NCBI GenBank assembly: GCA_039680575.1
Contig: JBDKSP010000001.1
Location: 1 to 29,341, forward strand
DNA length: 29,341 bases
From: Armatimonadota bacterium
Lineage (GTDB): Bacteria; Armatimonadota; UBA5829; DTLH01
Direction: 5' to 3'
The notes beneath the pieces are model-generated. The model made no database searches, had not been told where the DNA came from, and was given only the letters and a program-made list of their open reading frames with translations. This document shows, piece by piece, positions 26,057 to 29,341 of this stretch (position 1 is its first letter; each line of letters starts with the position of its first letter). The translations under genes were made by a program, and so were the position numbers.

Positions 26057-26842
26057 TTACATAAAACTGTGTAGGGCAGTCGTAAGAGCTATCAGGACCG
26101 CCCCTATGATTAGAATCGAGTTCGCCCTCTTTCCCCGCCAGCTTGCGCTGCCGTGGGCTATCAGATAAATGGCATAGACCAGCCAGGTGATTCCCGCCGC
26201 CATCAGTTTGGTCTCGGCGTTATACGCCGCCCTGATTCCCGCAAATTTGACCCCTGCAATCCCTGCTGCAATGCCTAAAGTCAGTATCGGAAACGCAATT
26301 GCGACCAGGTGGAACCCAAGCGCATCTATAGTCTCAAGCGGAGGAAGCCTGCGGAACATCCCCTTGAACTTTTTGGATTTTAGGAGCTTGTTTTGCACCA
26401 GATAGAAGACCGCGCAGCAAAAGGCCTGGGCAAAGAGCGCAAAACTAGCTATTATCGCGATAATATGGGCCCTCAGCCACACATCTCCCGCAAACGGCTG
26501 CCCATTTGACGCTGGGGACCTGTAGACCAGTGCAAGCGCGATCAGTGAAAGCGGCATCGCGAGCGCGCCAAGCGCGGGAATCCTGAAGCGGATGAAAGTC
26601 AGAAGATAAATCGCGGCAATCGTCCATGACAGAAAGAACATCGCTTCGGGAGCGTTTGCAAACGGCGGCACGCCTCCGATTGCCTGCGTAACGAGCCTTA
26701 TGCTCTGCAGCGCAAAACCGATAGCTGCGGCGGCAGTGCCGTAAGCAGCGAAATACTTCCTCTTTATGTGCAGGTTGGCAAGATAGAGTATGGAGGCGAT
26801 GATATAGGCCGCCAGGCTCGCAGCGAGGAGTGTTGATATCAT
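26057..26842 (-). CDS. HemX/CcsA-like cytochrome c assembly family membrane protein
   Basis: About 8 TM segments; WLRAHI, YLVQNKLLK...RLPPLETID, FPILTLGI.AG, K...AGITWLVY, WRGKR; overlaps hemA by ATGA. Confidence 0.8.
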   Translation of the reverse strand: MISTLLAASLAAYIIASILYLANLHIKRKYFAAYGTAAAAIGFALQSIRLVTQAIGGVPPFANAPEAMFFLSWTIAAIYLLTFIRFRIPALGALAMPLSLIALALVYRSPASNGQPFAGDVWLRAHIIAIIASFALFAQAFCCAVFYLVQNKLLKSKKFKGMFRRLPPLETIDALGFHLVAIAFPILTLGIAAGIAGVKFAGIRAAYNAETKLMAAGITWLVYAIYLIAHGSASWRGKRANSILIIGAVLIALTTALHSFM

Positions 26843-28122
26843 TTATCGTCCTCCATCTCATCCGGCTCTATCCCGAAAAGCTCCCGGGCTATATCCAGCT
26901 TTTCGCAGCTGTCAGCGCAGGATGAATATTCCTTTATTTTCACCAAGGGATTGTGCGTGATCTTGTTTACAAGCGACTGCATCATCATCCTGACCGTCTC
27001 TTTGTCTTTATCAGAGAGGTGCGAGAGCTTGGCGCTGGAGCGCTGCCATTCGGTCTCTTTAAGCTCATCCAGCTTCTCCCGCAGGCTCTTTATAAGCGGT
27101 ACGGCTTCGAGAGTTTTCATCCAGGCGGAGAACTTACGGGTCTCTTCTGCAACGATTTCCTTCACCTTTTCTGTCTCTTTTTGCCGCTCATCGACCGATT
27201 CCTGCACTATCGACTGCAGATCGTCCATATCGTAGAGATAAACATTATCAAGTTCTGAAACGGACGGCTCGATGTCCCTGGGGACAGCAATGTCGATCAT
27301 AAATATGGGTCTTTCGCGCCGCCCGCGCATGATTTTTGCCATCTCTTCCCGGCTCACGACCGGCTCTGTCGCACCCGTGGAGCTGATGACTATATTGGTC
27401 TGAGTCATGGCATCCGGCAGCGACTCGAACGGGACAGCGCGGCCATTGAGCGCCGCTGCAAGCTTCTCGGCCTTTGAGAGCGTCCGGTTGGCGACGATAA
27501 CGGAGGTCGCTCCGGCAGCCTGCATATGTTTCGCAGTAAGCTCGCCCATCTTTCCCGCGCCAATGATGAGGACTGTCCGCCCGGAGAGCTCACCGAATAC
27601 CAGCCTCGCAAGCTCTACCGCCGCATAACCGACGGAGAATGCTCCCTTGGAGATGTCCGTCTCCGTTCTGGCGCGTTTCCCAACCGAAAGCGCCTGCTGG
27701 AAGAGGGTATTAAGCACGGTTTTTGTGGAATCGCAGTCACAAGCAGCGCAGAAAGCGTTTTTCACCTGGCCGATTATCTGGTTCTCACCGACCATCATCG
27801 AGTCGATCCCCGAAGCTACCGAGAAAAGATGCTCAACCGCTTTGTGACCCCTGTGCCGGTAGATATGCTGCTCGATACCCACGCGGGGATTACCGTTACA
27901 GCTGCCCATAAAGTCCAGGATCGTCTCTTCATCATCGCGCTGGTTGGTGACAGCATAGACCTCCGTGCGGTTACATGTGGAGAGGATGCAGCACTCCGCT
28001 ATAGACGGACACGCGCGCAGAGACTCCAGCGCCTTCGGAAGGTCTTCATCCGAAACCGCCAGACTCTCCCGCACCGCTACCGGCGCTGTTTTGTGGTTAA
28101 GTCCTATGACGACAAGGTACAT
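26839..28122 (-). CDS. hemA: Glutamyl-tRNA reductase
   Basis: GLNHKTAPVAVRE, LSTCNRTE, VASGIDSMMVGE.QI, IIGAGKMG, VANRT, DIAVPRDI. Confidence 0.96.
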   Translation of the reverse strand: MYLVVIGLNHKTAPVAVRESLAVSDEDLPKALESLRACPSIAECCILSTCNRTEVYAVTNQRDDEETILDFMGSCNGNPRVGIEQHIYRHRGHKAVEHLFSVASGIDSMMVGENQIIGQVKNAFCAACDCDSTKTVLNTLFQQALSVGKRARTETDISKGAFSVGYAAVELARLVFGELSGRTVLIIGAGKMGELTAKHMQAAGATSVIVANRTLSKAEKLAAALNGRAVPFESLPDAMTQTNIVISSTGATEPVVSREEMAKIMRGRRERPIFMIDIAVPRDIEPSVSELDNVYLYDMDDLQSIVQESVDERQKETEKVKEIVAEETRKFSAWMKTLEAVPLIKSLREKLDELKETEWQRSSAKLSHLSDKDKETVRMMMQSLVNKITHNPLVKIKEYSSCADSCEKLDIARELFGIEPDEMEDDK

Positions 28123-28279
28123 TATTTTGTTAGGATACAGGATTTAGCTGGTCTTCGTCTCGGCTTTTTACTTTTTGAAACGCGAATTGCTCGAAGAAGC
28201 GCGAATGACGCGAAATGGGATTAGTGGAAATTTGTAAATTTCTACCTTCCGCATCTCATTCCTTCCGCGACTCCGCGGT

Positions 28280-28909
28280 TCAAAAAGAAAGCAGCTCGAA
28301 CGCCCTCTTTCGTGCCTCTTCCCGCTTGCCCTGGCGAAGAAGTTCCGGCACATCCGAGTCTAAAACCTTATTAAAGAACTCCTCGCGCTCGCTCTGGCTG
28401 GAAATCTGCGATTTTGCGGCTTCGCGGAGTTCACCCATGAGATCCGTCAGCTCTTCGTACTCCGGGCCGATCACTTCCTCTATCTTCTCCCGCACACGCT
28501 TTGCGAGAGCCGGGCTGTTTCCGCCTGTACCGATGCTTATGACGAGATCACCGCGCCTCACGACCGACTGCACGATAAAGCTGCAGAGTTCGGGGTCATC
28601 TACCACATTCACCGGAATACCGGCGGCGCTGGCATCCTCCGAGACCTGCAAATTGACCTCTCGGTCGCCCGCTGCCGCAATCACGAGCGCGCATTTGCTG
28701 ATATCGCTCGATTCATAGCACCTTTCGCAGAGTATTATCCTGCCGGAATCCGTCAGCTCGAAAATATCCTGCGAGACACACGGAGAGACGACGGTCACAC
28801 GCGCGCCGAAATCGAGAAGAGTCTCGATTTTTCTCAGCGCAACAGTTCCGCCGCCCACGACAAGCACATTTTTATTTGCCAGGTCAACTGCAATTGGATA
28901 ATATGTCAT
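28280..28909 (-). CDS. Precorrin-2 dehydrogenase / sirohydrochlorin ferrochelatase (Met8p/SirC/CysG N-terminal)
   Basis: YYPI..DL..KNVLVVGGGTVALRK, VNVVDDPELCSF, ISIGTGGNSPALAK. Confidence 0.92.
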   Translation of the reverse strand: MTYYPIAVDLANKNVLVVGGGTVALRKIETLLDFGARVTVVSPCVSQDIFELTDSGRIILCERCYESSDISKCALVIAAAGDREVNLQVSEDASAAGIPVNVVDDPELCSFIVQSVVRRGDLVISIGTGGNSPALAKRVREKIEEVIGPEYEELTDLMGELREAAKSQISSQSEREEFFNKVLDSDVPELLRQGKREEARKRAFELLSF

Positions 28910-29021
28910 ATTTCACCCGCCGCAAAAGCGCGAATATTCCACCGATGAGCGAAAGTATCGCCCCGCTCAAGAAAAAGCTCATAAAAGACTTCGCGCTCAT
29001 ACTCACAAACACGCTGTTCAT
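28884..29021 (-). CDS. Possible 45-aa single-pass membrane peptide
   Basis: MNSVFVSMSAKSFMSFFLSGAILSLIGGIFALLRRVKYDILSNCS; below the ORF-track cutoff; overlaps the met8-like start. Confidence 0.3.
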   Translation of the reverse strand: MNSVFVSMSAKSFMSFFLSGAILSLIGGIFALLRRVKYDILSNCS

Positions 29022-29216
29022 CGTAACAGCATGTCCTATCAGTCCTTTATTTATATCCCAAATCGAGCAACTCGATTATATCACCAGTGACAGGGACATT
29101 TACAGGCCGAGAGCCCAGGAGCATCGTTTTTAGGAAGATGGAGCGGAGGATGGAATGTTACATGAAATAGCCATGTAATTTAACAATTATGACACAGGTA
29201 CTTTGAGGACCAGTGT

Positions 29217-29341
29217 CTATAGAGTTTCAGGAGATAAAGTAACAGCCTTACAGTTATATAAACAGTTCTCTGATATAGCTTTATCTGTTGATTTTACACT
29301 TACACCTGAAACTCTTCCGGAGGATTTTCGGCAACAGCCAA
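29217..29341 (+). mobile_element. MITE-like element, long form, truncated by the window end
   Basis: CTATAGAGTTTCAGG...CCTGAAACTC (29305-29314) then TTCCGGAGGATTTTCGGC; interior closely similar to 8692-8780. Confidence 0.8.

Overview
Bacterial chromosomal window, probably from an Armatimonadota-like diderm (inferred from a DUF1559 prepilin-type protein with the [12 protein letters not shown]-terminus, a short LptD-like protein and a characteristic secreted multidomain protein). Coding content is mostly housekeeping: mtnP-mtnA-apt plus a membrane-anchored PIG-L deacetylase, alkaline phosphatase, fused AhbA/AhbB siroheme decarboxylase with YyaL, a 775-aa secreted protein, rhamnulokinase, a STAS protein, a NarL-type regulator with a GAF histidine kinase, an FAD oxidoreductase, DUF1559, PAP2 plus ArnT-like glycosyltransferase divergent from an LptD-like gene, an orphan E2 acyltransferase plus a PHP hydrolase, and met8/cysG-N, hemA and hemX/ccsA-like genes. 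The most interesting signals are: (1) a c-di-AMP (ydaO/yuaA) riboswitch directly upstream of a STAS anti-anti-sigma gene; (2) a nested family of intergenic palindromic repeats, namely a ~90-150 bp MITE-like element that sits inside REP-like hairpins showing compensatory changes; (3) a second multi-branched repeat ending in CCACCA; (4) a candidate lipid A remodelling locus whose PAP2 enzyme has a PSAD variant motif. No transposase, CRISPR array, tRNA or rRNA was seen. All calls come from reading the sequence; no database search was run.
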